A stretch of 63,835 nucleotides of DNA, filler included, from Neoconidiobolus thromboides FSU 785 (taxonomy: Eukaryota; Fungi; Entomophthoromycota): NCBI GenBank assembly GCA_025603075.1. It is 9 parts of 9 records of this genome, joined end to end, with 100 filler letters (N's around TTAATTAATTAA, not from the genome) between each part and the next. Parts side by side here need not be neighbours in the genome. Positions count along the whole stretch, not along the records: positions 1 to 5,238 come from MU626759.1; positions 5,339 to 7,919 come from MU626846.1; positions 8,020 to 13,589 come from MU626745.1; 6 more parts are not named here. One strand, written 5' to 3'. Made by a program: the position numbers and the translations under genes. Every line of letters begins with the position of its first letter. Position 1 is the stretch's first letter. The notes beneath the pieces were generated by a model, which saw only the letters and a list, made by a program, of their open reading frames with translations, did no database searches and was not told where the DNA came from. Positions 1 through 9,902 of this stretch are shown piece by piece.

Positions 1-90
1 CGCTTCTCGTCAGATCAGCGCAGTTAAGCAAAGTACAGCATATTTAGTACTATAGTGGGAGACCATATGGGAATAGTATGTACTGTTGTT
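1..90 (+). rRNA. 5S rRNA, 5' ~30 nt missing at window edge
   Basis: Contains 5S hallmarks GATC..CGCAGTTAAGC, TTAGTACTATAGTGGGAGACCATATGGGAATA; GCATAT can pair with GTATGT (helix V); followed by a T-rich Pol III terminator. Confidence 0.85.
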
Positions 91-487
91 TTTGTTTTGG
101 AATACTATAAACTATAAAGCTAGCAAGTTGATTTTTTATATAAATACTTAATCTGAAAATGATTTAAAAAGCTTTAGATATATCAAAAATGTTATTTAAC
201 TTGTTAAAATTAGTTATAAACATTAGTAGAATCTAAATAACATGAAAAAATTTCAAGTGTAATATTGAAATGACTGTTTTTATTAAAAGTTTTAGTTTTT
301 TAGAAATAAGATATACGGGGTTGTTCCAATTGGTTTCAGAATTTACTTAGAAGTTAAGCCAAATCTTAAATTTTTAAATTTGTATCCAATATGACGGTTA
401 AATCTAAAAAGCTCAAAATTAAATCTCTTTATTTAAAACTTATTTAATTGTTTCCTTTTCTTAAATAGCTAATTTCCCTAATTATAT

Positions 488-586
488 GGGGATGTATTTT
501 TGTGTCTAAGAATTTTGCTAACAAATTTTCCGCTCAAATAGTGCTTAAAAAATAGAAAAAATAATGAAGTCAAAAAAAACACTCCC
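488..586 (+). mobile_element. 99-bp MITE (GGG..CCC), ATAT TSD
   Basis: ATAT-GGGGATGTATTTTTG...AAAAAAACACTCCC-ATAT. Confidence 0.9.
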
Positions 587-840
587 ATATGCTTTATGTT
601 GTTTCTGTTAGATATTTAATAGGTATACAATACATATCTATGATTATATAATTATATGAATACACTTATTTGGCTTTGTTTTTTGTTGAAATAGAAATAA
701 AATGCAAACTTTCATAACTAAACTTCGAAATGGATTTTTTGGGAATTTTAATACAACAGGGAGGAGTACACAATATAAACATTGTAATTCGTTTACATCA
801 ATTTTAAGAGCTACTTATAATTTATAACAACTCAGGGTTT

Positions 841-1695
841 ATGGGATTTTACAATAAAAGGAAACTAACAAAAGATATATTATCAAAGTTTACTATCGAT
901 AATAATAAACTTAATCAACCAATGTGTAAAATCAATGCTTTAACAGAAACAGGAAATAAAAATCAACAAGTAGCGCTATTATCAACTATAGCTTCAGTAT
1001 ATTCTTTTGATGAATGCAAGAGTTTTGGGTTTAATAGAAATAGAAATCAATATGATTATTCAAAAATAAGTAATAATAATAAAATATCAGCATTATAACC
1101 TATTATTAAAAATACAAAAAAAATTAAAGATAGGCAAATTGAAATTATTATACAATATTTACTAAATGATAACTATTCCATCAAGATTTAATAAAAAAAT
1201 AATGATAGTAAAATACTCATCAAATAATATATATATATGGGAGTGTTTTTTTTGACTTCATTATTTTTTCCATTTTTCAAGCACTATTTAAGTGGAAAAT
1301 TCGTTAGTAAAATTCTTAAACACAAAAATACATCCCCATATATTAAATAAAAGTAGAACAATGATATATAGTAAATATTTTAATGATTTAAAAGATAAAG
1401 CAGTAGCTAGGTCAACATTTTTTAAATATATACCAACTAATTTCAAAAATCCAGCAAGAAAAACGGATCTATGTAATATATGTACCAAGTATACAGTTAG
1501 AAAAAAGTTATTTGAAAATAAAATAAATAAACTAATAAAAAACAAAGCAGAAATAGAAGAAATTTCCAATAAAGAAGAAAAATTATACAAATTACATAAA
1601 TTCTGTGCTGACACTCAAAAAAACATATTTAATGAAACCATTAAAAAATTAAATAATAAAAGTTGTATAATAATTTTAGATTTTAAACAAAATAT
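841..1695 (+). pseudogene. Sola-like transposase, N-terminal part to first catalytic Asp (frameshifted, MITE-interrupted)
   Basis: ORFs 841..1098 and 1292..1807; CxxC, H..A..Q and DFKQN (Asp codon 1679-81). The start of ORF 1292 is MITE sequence. Confidence 0.7.
1239..1337 (-). mobile_element. 99-bp MITE in outer transposase
   Basis: ATAT flanks at 1235-38 and 1338-41; family consensus. Confidence 0.9.
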
Positions 1696-2643
1696 GGGGT
1701 TGTCTGGGTTAGTTTCATTTTTTTATCCAATTTTAAAAAAAAAATTAAATCAAAAGTACTCGGACACAGTTCTAAATCATTATATTATAGCTTATGTTCT
1801 AAGTTAGCTGAATTTCTACTAGATCTTAAATACGTATTCTTATAAAACTTTATTGAGAAACGTTTATTATCGACTGCCTTATAACCAACATTGCAAATTT
1901 ATTATCAAATAAATAAACTATTTTAATGTTATAATTGCATTATTAATATATTGCCAAGTTAACAAATAGCTGCATGGAAGGGAGTGGTTAGCCTCAAAGC
2001 TATGATTAACTATCTTCATATAATACAAGCAATGTAATAATATTTTTTACATGTTATTACAGTTACTTGTTCTTTGACTATTTATTAACTTAGCTATTAA
2101 TAGCTTAAGTAATCTTAGCATTTAATAATATATTTATATCATTCAACAAACCACTTAGTAAATATCGATAATTTTAAATTCTCTGTTATTTTCGTAAGGT
2201 AAGCGCTGGGATTGGTCTTTTAATTTTTCTACTTTTCTACAGACTCTATAACTTCAATTAGAACTATATCGCTTTTTTTATGTATCGGATACTGGATAAC
2301 AATGTAGTCTGTTATTATGTTTAATAAAGTGTAAATACTTCTTAATGCCTTGTATCTCTATCATTCTTTTTGTATTTTTGTTTCTTCATACTTTTTAAAA
2401 ATTATATCTGTTTTCCCTTATCAATAGCCGAGTTATTAATTTTATTATGCTCGCAAATAAAAGTCTCAAATTTTGAAATTAACTGATTAGTATCTTCTAT
2501 TTTACCTAACGCTTCAAAACTACTTTTCCATTTTGAAAGGTTTCCAAAATGTCCATCAACTATACTTTTTCCATGATGCTCAGCAAAAAAATTAAGATCA
2601 ACATTCAAACTACTCTTTATTTTATGAATTTCTTTAAACATAT

Positions 2644-2741
2644 GGGAGTGTTTTGTTTGACTTCATTATTTTTTCTATTTTTAAGCGCTATTTGAGCGGA
2701 AAATTTGTTAGTAAAATTCTTAAACACAAAAATACATCCCC
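2644..2741 (-). mobile_element. 98-bp MITE in inner transposase
   Basis: ATAT flanks at 2640-43 and 2742-45; removing element plus one ATAT restores frame LHY-MFKE. Confidence 0.92.
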
Positions 2742-3069
2742 ATATAGTGTAGAAACTCTTGGGATCTAAAATGATTTCCTGTATCTGCCCATATATTGAT
2801 TTTTGTAAACTTCTTAAATAAAAGCTCTGTGAGATCAAATCAATTAAACAATCTCCTCTATATACTGAATCATGATTTAATATTTTAGATAAATATACAC
2901 TAAACCTTGATACTGATATAACTTGTTTATTATAATGATCTAGATTTATTGAATCTGGTCTTGTTCCTATTTCCACATTTTGTCTAAAACCTAAAATCAT
3001 TATACAACTTTTATTATTTAATTTTTAATAGTTCCATTAAATATGTTTTTTTGAGTATCAACACAGAAT

Positions 3070-3532
3070 TGTGAAATATCGCTTTGCCAGTCCCATGGTT
3101 AATTATAGCATAATAATCGCCTAAGCTGTCGTGTTCTCGATTATAGAGACAATTAGTCCCATGCTCTTATTCTGATTTGTTAAGAGAATTTCTATCTTCG
3201 TCTCAAAGAATATTCTCCTCTCGTTTTGATATTTATACTTATCGGAGTATAAAAGAGATTCTAAAACATAATAGCTCGAGGCTTTTTAGCTGAATTATTC
3301 CCTGATATCTCGGACATTTAATAAAGCCATTAAGTTTTCTTAATAGTATTTTACGTAGATTTACATTATTATTGTCTGTTATATTTGTCTTATATAGCTT
3401 GTAACCTATTACGTGCAATTCCTCATAATCCAAGTCTATCTTAGTCACATAAACTAAGATCTTTCGACTTATAGTGTAGTCAACCAGCCAATAGCTGTTC
3501 TTGACTCCAAACAGTGAGTACCAGATTTCACA
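3070..3532 (-). mobile_element. 463-bp solo-LTR-like element (TGTGAAAT...ATTTCACA), GAAT TSD
   Basis: GAAT at 3066-69 and 3533-36; empty site in paralogous transposase at ~1600 (ACATAAATTCTGTGCTGAC); homologous copies at 22426 and 62688-63212. Confidence 0.8.
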
Positions 3533-3798
3533 GAATTTATGTAATTTGTATAATTTTTCTTCTTCATTGAAAACTTCTTCTATTTCTGCTTTGTTTTTTA
3601 TTGCTGTATTTATTTTATTTTCAAACAACTTTTTTCTAACTGTATACTGGGCACATATATTACATAAATCTGTTTTTCTTGCTGGATCTTTGAAATTACT
3701 TGGTATATATCTAAAGAACGTTGACCTAGCTACTGCTTTATCTCTTAGATCATTAAAATATCTGCTATTTATTATTATTCTACTTTTGTTTAATATAT

Positions 3799-3896
3799 AG
3801 GGATGTTTTTTTGTGTTTAACGATTTTACTAATAATTTTTGCGCTCAAATAATGCTTAAAAGATGGAAAAAGTAATAAAGCCAAAAAAGATCCCCC
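3799..3896 (+). mobile_element. 98-bp MITE in inner transposase
   Basis: ATAT/ATAC flanks; same transposase position as the 1239 copy. Confidence 0.85.
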
Positions 3897-4133
3897 ATAC
3901 ATTATTTGATGAACATTTACTATCATTATTTTTTTGTTGAATCTTAATAAAACAGTTGAATCATTTAGTAAATATTATATAATAGTTTCAATTTGCTCAT
4001 CTTTAATTTTTTTTGTATTTTTAATAATAGGTTGTAACGTTGATGTTTTATTACTATTATTACTTATTTTTGAATAATCATATTGATTTTTATTTATATT
4101 AAATCAAAACCTTTACATCCATCAAAAGAATAT

Positions 4134-4232
4134 GGGGATGTATCTTTGTGTTCAAGAATTTTAATATCAAATTTTCCGCTCAAATAGCGCTTAAAAAATG
4201 GAAAAAATAATGAAGTCAAAAAAAACGTTCCC
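4134..4232 (+). mobile_element. 99-bp MITE, ATAT TSD
   Basis: ATAT at 4130-33 and 4233-36; empty site at 999-1002 in the outer copy. Confidence 0.92.
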
Positions 4233-4360
4233 ATATATTGAAGCTATAGTTGATGATGGCGCTACTTGTTGATTTTTATTTCCTGTTTCTGTTAAAGCAT
4301 TGATTTTACACATTGGTTGATTAAGTTTGTTATTATCGATAGTAAACTTTGATAATATAT

Positions 4361-4459
4361 GGGGATGCATTTTTGTATTTGAGAATTTTACTAACAAATT
4401 TTCCATTTAAATAGCGCTTAAAAGATGGAAAAAATAATGAAGCCAAAAAAAACATCCCC
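4361..4459 (+). mobile_element. 99-bp MITE, ATAT TSD
   Basis: ATAT at 4357-60 and 4460-63; empty site at 875-878 in the outer copy. Confidence 0.92.
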
Positions 4460-4522
4460 ATATCTTTTGTTAGTTTCCTTTTATTGTAAAATTCCATAAA
4501 CCCTGAGTTATTGTAAATAATT

Positions 4523-4618
4523 GAGAGCGTTTTTTTATTTCATTACTTTTTCCATTTTTAAGCGCTATTTGAGTGAAAGGATTGTTAATGAAATTCTTAA
4601 ACACAAAAGAATATCCTC
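4523..4618 (-). mobile_element. Degenerate MITE copy
   Basis: Family core TTTTTCCATTTTTAAGCGCTATTTGAG...AATTCTTAAACACAAAA. Confidence 0.8.
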
Positions 4619-5238
4619 ATTATAGCAAGTTTAAATAAAAAGGTCTAGTTTTAAGCTTTTTAAATAAAACACAAAAATATAAAAAAACTAGATCTAACAA
4701 ATTCGAATTATTATAATAAATAAGTTGTATCAGTATCAAAGTTTAGTGTATATTTATCTAAAATATTAAATCATGATTCAGTATATAGAGGAGATTGTTT
4801 AATTGATTTGATCTCACAGAGCTTTTAGGAAGTTTATAAAAACTAGTTTGAATTTTAAAAAAATTTATAGAACAACAATATTTTAAATATTAATCAATTA
4901 ACTTCAAAACTTAAGATTTTTGTTCATGAGCATAATAAAATTATTAACTTAATTGTTACTATTAATAGTAAAAAAAGCAGATATAATTTCTAAGTATACT
5001 AAAACAAGATGGAAATCGATCATGAATTGTTAATATTACTCAAGTTAATAATAGATAAGCTAACAAATAGTCAAAGACGAGAATTATAATAATATGCAAA
5101 AACTACTAATTATATTGGCTGTATTATATAAAAATTGTTATAGTTTTAACTAATTACTTTCCCCTTATCCAGCTATTATTAACTTGATAAGATATTAGTG
5201 ATATAATTGAAATATTAAAATAAGCCATTTATTATTTA

Positions 5239-5338
5239 NNNNNNNNNNNNNNNNNNNNNNNNNNNNNNNNNNNNNNNNNNNNTTAATTAATTAANNNNNN
5301 NNNNNNNNNNNNNNNNNNNNNNNNNNNNNNNNNNNNNN
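5239..5338. other. Artificial 100-nt contig spacer (also 7920-8019, 13590-13689, 30700-30799, 57065-57164, 59558-59657, 61085-61184, 62588-62687)
   Basis: Identical N44-TTAATTAATTAA-N44 design, giving stops in all six frames. Confidence 0.98.
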
Positions 5339-5454
5339 TAACTTACAACATATCTTATAACAAATAGTTTAAAAGTGCTAAGTACTTTTGTTTTTTAATA
5401 AATAGTTTATCTTTATATAGTTCTAAGCAAAGTCCTAAAATATAAAATATAAAA
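5339..5454 (+). repeat. Left arm of inverted repeat bounding the HMG contig
   Basis: 115/116 identical to the reverse complement of 7804-7919; both arms run to the contig ends. Confidence 0.95.
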
Positions 5455-6104
5455 TCTTGAAAGTTAGATAAAAGAAATCAAATCAATTCCGACACCCCAT
5501 GTAATGCCTTTTGATGTTCAGTAGCGCTTCTTTTTTGATGTATTTTAGTTAGTTTTTTGCTATTTGTCATAACTAACATGGTTTTTTTTAACTTATATGC
5601 TATTTATTTATCCCTTATTTGTTATAACTAATAATATCTTTTAGAGTTTAATAGATATTTTATCATAATGTTATTTCATAACTAATAAAACTTTATAGGA
5701 CTTAGTAAGAATTTTTATTTTATTTGTAATAACTAATCGAACTCTTTAAAATTTAATAGGGATTATATTTTAGTAGTTATTTTATCTATTAATATATGTT
5801 GTGGGATATCCTACCGTTCCTTAAATCCTTAAAGGAGTTACTATTAAAACTGAGTGATTTGTAATAGCCTGAATATATGTATCAAACACTAAACAATTGA
5901 TATTTGTTTGGTCTATTATTTTTTACTTACTGCACACCTGGATACTCCTTTGCCAGTCAATCAATTCCCCTTTTATTATTTTTTTAGCTAACAAAATTTA
6001 ATCCTGTATATCTTCCTCAAATTAAAAGAAGCTTTACTTAAGAACGGTCTAATATCATTGGCTGAATTTAACTTATTAAAATAGGTTTAATTTAAATTAA
6101 AAAG

Positions 6105-6492
6105 ATTTGACTTAAATTAAAAAAAATTTAACCTATATTGGTAAAGGGTTTAAACATATGATTTCTATAAAAATCACTCAGGTGATGCATTCAATAGCTT
6201 ATATTCCTTATATTTATATTCTATTATTCATGCTAACACTAGCTTAATTTTGTGGCAAAAGTTATTTTACAAATAGCTGTGTATTTAACAATGGCCTACA
6301 ATTATTAAGGAAATTTGATTTAAATTAAAAAAGATTTAACCTATATCGGTAAAGGGTTTAAACATATGATTTTTATACAAATCACTCAAATGATGCATTC
6401 AATAGCTTATATTCCTTATATTTACATTCCATTATTCATGCTAGCACCAGCTTGAAATTTTGTAACAAAGGTTATTCTACAAATAGCTGTGT
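6105..6492 (+). repeat. Tandem ~180-bp direct duplication upstream of the HMG gene (6105-6282 / 6313-6492)
   Basis: Shared GGTAAAGGGTTTAAACATATGATT...GATGCATTCAATAGCTTATATTCCTTATATTTA...CAAATAGCTGTGT, about 90% identical. Confidence 0.9.
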
Positions 6493-6618
6493 TGCTTAAT
6501 TACTTTTGTTTCAATTTTAAAGAGTAAGTATTAGAAAAAGAATCTAAAGAGGATAAATCAAAAATAATTAGCCACCAATCAACCTTGACGTTATACCAAC
6601 AATCAACATACAACTAAA

Positions 6619-7209
6619 ATGCATAGCCCTTTAAGGTTAAATGAGCACCTGCTTTTTTTGGACGAAAGTAAGTTTGACTACCTCATTGAAAATGGCGATG
6701 GTATCAGAATGGAGCCTTTGAAAGATGAATTTTCTTTAGACCAGAAAGATTGTTTTTTTATCCCAGAAGGTCATTATCCTTTATTAATTTCAAAGTCATT
6801 TGCAGAAAAGATAATTATCAGAAAAGATGAAGATAGCTCAAGCGAAAGCAAAACATTATCTAAAACAGATGATACTGACAAAATACCTAGGCCTGCAAAT
6901 GCATTTATACTTTATAGGAAAGATAAACATAAGGAGATAAGTAGTACAAACAAAATGGCCGACAATAAAAAAATATCACAGATTATTGGTAGAATGTGGA
7001 AACATGAAGGCTTTGAGGTTAAACAAAGATACTTGGAGATGGCTGAAGCCGAGAAATCCATACACAAGACAAAATATCCTAACTATAAATATAAACCTAG
7101 GCAAAATATAAAGAAAAGGAATAAACCTTCACCAAAGCCATATTCTACTACACAAAATATGGAGCTCTATGATACACTGGATATCAACTTGGAGCCTATA
7201 TTTAAATGA
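6619..7209 (+). CDS. MATA-type HMG-box transcription factor (SexM/SexP/MAT1-2-1/ROX1-like), single exon
   Basis: KIPRPANAFILYRKDKH...NKKISQIIGRMWKHE...KQRYLEMAEAEK..HKTKYPNYKYKPR. Confidence 0.92.
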   Translation: MHSPLRLNEHLLFLDESKFDYLIENGDGIRMEPLKDEFSLDQKDCFFIPEGHYPLLISKSFAEKIIIRKDEDSSSESKTLSKTDDTDKIPRPANAFILYRKDKHKEISSTNKMADNKKISQIIGRMWKHEGFEVKQRYLEMAEAEKSIHKTKYPNYKYKPRQNIKKRNKPSPKPYSTTQNMELYDTLDINLEPIFK

Positions 7210-7803
7210 TTAGTAAATAAACGCTTAATATTCTTGTATAATTTTTCATAAAGCTATTAGAATTAAAAATATTTTATGTTTACATAATAGTTGCTTTTTT
7301 TCAAAAAAATCTTGAGAATATTACACATACAACCGTTTTGATAATATGAAGATCAAGTTATCAAACAAAGAGATTGAAGCCTCCAGAGCTCCTGAAGTTT
7401 TTTAAATTTATTTAAGATAATACCAAATATGATTGATTGTCTTTTATAAATCATTGTTCGCTTTAAATGAATTGTAAATGATATACAAAGTTTAAAACTC
7501 AAAAAGCAACAAAAAATATTTGATATGAATAAGCGTTTGATATTTATTAATGCCAAGTAAACCAAGGAGAAAAGGTTAGGTTTTGTTATTTAAAAGTACA
7601 ACTAAAAAAATTGTGTTTTTTTCGCTTAAAAGGTTGATGGTCTAAATAATTTATTAATTATAATAAAATTTTGAATACTCAAATTGAACAACTTAAGAGA
7701 CCTAGTGTTAGTGGAGATGTCCAAACTGGTTTCATTTTTTATTCATTTTTTAACTTAATTTTGGATAGGATAACCAATAAAATAGTATTAAAATAAAGCC
7801 TAG

Positions 7804-7919
7804 TTTTATATTTTATATTTTAGAACTTTGCTTAGAACTATATAAAGATAAACTATTTATTAAAAAACAAAAGTACTTAGCACTTTTAAACTATTTGTTA
7901 TAAGATATGTTGTAAGTTA
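7804..7919 (-). repeat. Right arm of inverted repeat bounding the HMG contig
   Basis: Reverse complement of 5339-5454 with one substitution. Confidence 0.95.
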
Positions 7920-9194
7920 NNNNNNNNNNNNNNNNNNNNNNNNNNNNNNNNNNNNNNNNNNNNTTAATTAATTAANNNNNNNNNNNNNNNNNNNNNNNNN
8001 NNNNNNNNNNNNNNNNNNNTTTAATACATAATGTTTTAATGTATGATATTATAAGTCAAATAAACTTATTTTTATCTTAGTTAATAAAACATGATAAAGT
8101 AAAGTGTTTGATAAACCATATTGTTGTTCCATCAACCTAATAAAAGTAAGCTACTTTAAGCTATAACTTTTCTTTACTCCATTTTTAAAGACAGTATAAA
8201 TTTATACAGCTACAACCTCATTAATTAGTATATAAAGTGCCATCATTGCTACATCCAAGTACTATAAGCCATAAGTTTTTATTACTATCAATTACTTTTA
8301 AAATAAAATCTACCTTGATAATTACTATAATTTCATCTATTTCGTCTATTTCATCTATTCCATCTATTTTTGCTTATATGATATCCCAAAATAATATGAA
8401 AATTTCATTAGATACAGAAACTGGTGTAATTGAAAATGTAATGCCATCAAGCTCATTTAACAATATGAGATGATGTGTTGTGGTTTGGTGAATAAGGATA
8501 TTGGTTTCCAATTGTCAAATATAATATAGCTGAATAAATGATACTGTTTAATAATTAGTTACTCAATAATGGGCTAATCTGTCAAAGTTTTCAAGTTCCT
8601 TCCACTCACTCTTATAATCGTTAAAAATGAAAGCGATAGAATTAATTTCAAGTAATCATACATAGACTCTATAACTGGTTTATATGTGTCAATTCAATAA
8701 AATTAATCAAAACTTGAATAAATATATATATTATTAATTGATATCAAAGATAGAAATTAAAGTGATGACTTTAAAAGTGTTATTTACTTTGAACTTTATA
8801 TATATTTGGTCTATATTAGTAAGTTAACTTAACATTTAATTATATAAAAAAACTCTTATAATTTATTTAAAGGTTCAATAACTTAACTTTATAGTAACAA
8901 GTAGATACATTATTAAATAAAATTTGTAAATATTTGAAATTTTTATGATCTTTGACTTTCTAAATGCCTATAAATAAACTTTCTGTATCTAAATAATAGA
9001 TTATTTTATAAAATAAGAAATCTTTTTTTAATATAATTGTTTTATTATTTTTTAGTAATAATTACATAATTTCATATTTTTGAAAAGTTTATTTTTGTGG
9101 TTCTTTATATAGTTTTAAAAGTAAAATATTCACTACTTTAAGTTTAATCAGTATAAATGTATATAAAATAAACACAATATAAAATTAACATATA

Positions 9195-9358
9195 TAGCTG
9201 CTGCAATTCTTTTGTGACTAATTAGCTACTTATTTTAGAAAAGTTATACTAAAATTTAGCTAAAATATAGACATTAGGCTATAAGAAATATTAGGTATAT
9301 GAATAATTTAATTATAAAAATTACCATTAAATAAGTCCCAAAAGAATTACAACAGCTG
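9195..9358. mobile_element. Putative 164-bp Tc1/mariner-type MITE
   Basis: TA-(T/C)AGCTG(C/T)TG(C/T)AATTCTTTTG(T/G)GACT terminal inverted repeats (~26 bp, 4 mismatches) with TA on both sides. Confidence 0.5.
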
Positions 9359-9902
9359 TAAAACAAAACCCTAACCTTTGGCTCTAACCTAGTACCCAAT
9401 TCAATACTAAGTAAACACTGTTAACAGTTTATAATATCCATTTTTTTGATCAGAATTAAACACTATCTAGAGCTACAATTCTTTTTATTGTAACACCTAC
9501 ACCTGTCTGATAGTCATATTTACTAAGTTTTCAATTCCTAATCCAATCAATCTATCATAAAATTTCATAAATTAGCTAGGTTTTTTAAATTTTAGCTATT
9601 ATTATAAATTCTTTCAAGATTGATTTAGTTTTCTAATCAAATACAGGATAGTTATTGATTACATTATAATGAATTTTTCATGTATAAGAATAAAAACTAC
9701 TTACTATTAAAGAATATGTGATATTACAATTCTTTAAATCCACATATTGGATTCACTTAAAAGCTTCGATTACTTTTGAAAGAGTCTGTTATTATCTGAG
9801 ATTCAAATAGTATAAGCCATCATTTTTCAAAAGCGGTAAAACTAAAAGCAGTAGAACGGAAAATTTACATTTTTTAATTCTTTTAAATCAAGAAAATTAA
9901 CG

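Larger units (their letters stand above)
2300..4520 (-). pseudogene. Sola-like transposase pseudogene, near full length, with 4 MITE insertions and 1 solo-LTR-like insertion
   Basis: Second Asp in WADTGNHF (codon 2783-85), third Asp in HGKSIVDGHFG (codon 2555-57); first Asp mutated (GFRQN). Roughly 85-90% identical by eye to 841-1695. Confidence 0.75.
1696..4676 (-). mobile_element. Decayed Sola-like DDD DNA transposon, inner copy, inserted in opposite orientation
   Basis: Begins GGGGTTGTC after ATAT (1692-95); candidate second ATAT at 4677-80. After removing insertions the minus strand reads ..DLCNIC..HKFC..LGFRQN..KINIWADTGNHFRSQEFLHYMFKEIH..FFAEHHGKSIVDGHFG. Confidence 0.7.
317..5238 (+). 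mobile_element. Decayed Sola-like DDD DNA transposon, outer copy (about 317-1695 plus 4681-5238), interrupted by a second copy
   Basis: GGGGTTGT terminus at 317; transposase fragments 841-1695 (TDLCNIC...HKFCADTQ...ILDFKQN). Homology resumes at ~4685 just after the DFKQN codons. 4970-5238 is homologous to the reverse complement of ~1900-2130. Confidence 0.7.

Noticed and set aside
1288-4406. ORFs 1288..1614, 2617..3000, 3239..3628, 3501..3800, 4191..4406 as genes
   Set aside because: Antisense or chimeric read-throughs of transposase, MITE and solo-LTR-like sequence.
488-4618. Clustered 99-bp repeats as a CRISPR-like or regular array
   Set aside because: Irregular spacing, mixed orientation, TSDs and empty sites show transposon insertions.
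5283-5294. Recurrent TTAATTAATTAA palindrome between N runs
   Set aside because: Artificial contig linker of fixed 100-nt design; the X runs in ORFs 13642..17391 and 29439..30755 come from it.
8237-8473. ORF with ISSISS repeats and possible relic on the minus strand
   Set aside because: Low-complexity sequence, no recognisable domain on either strand.
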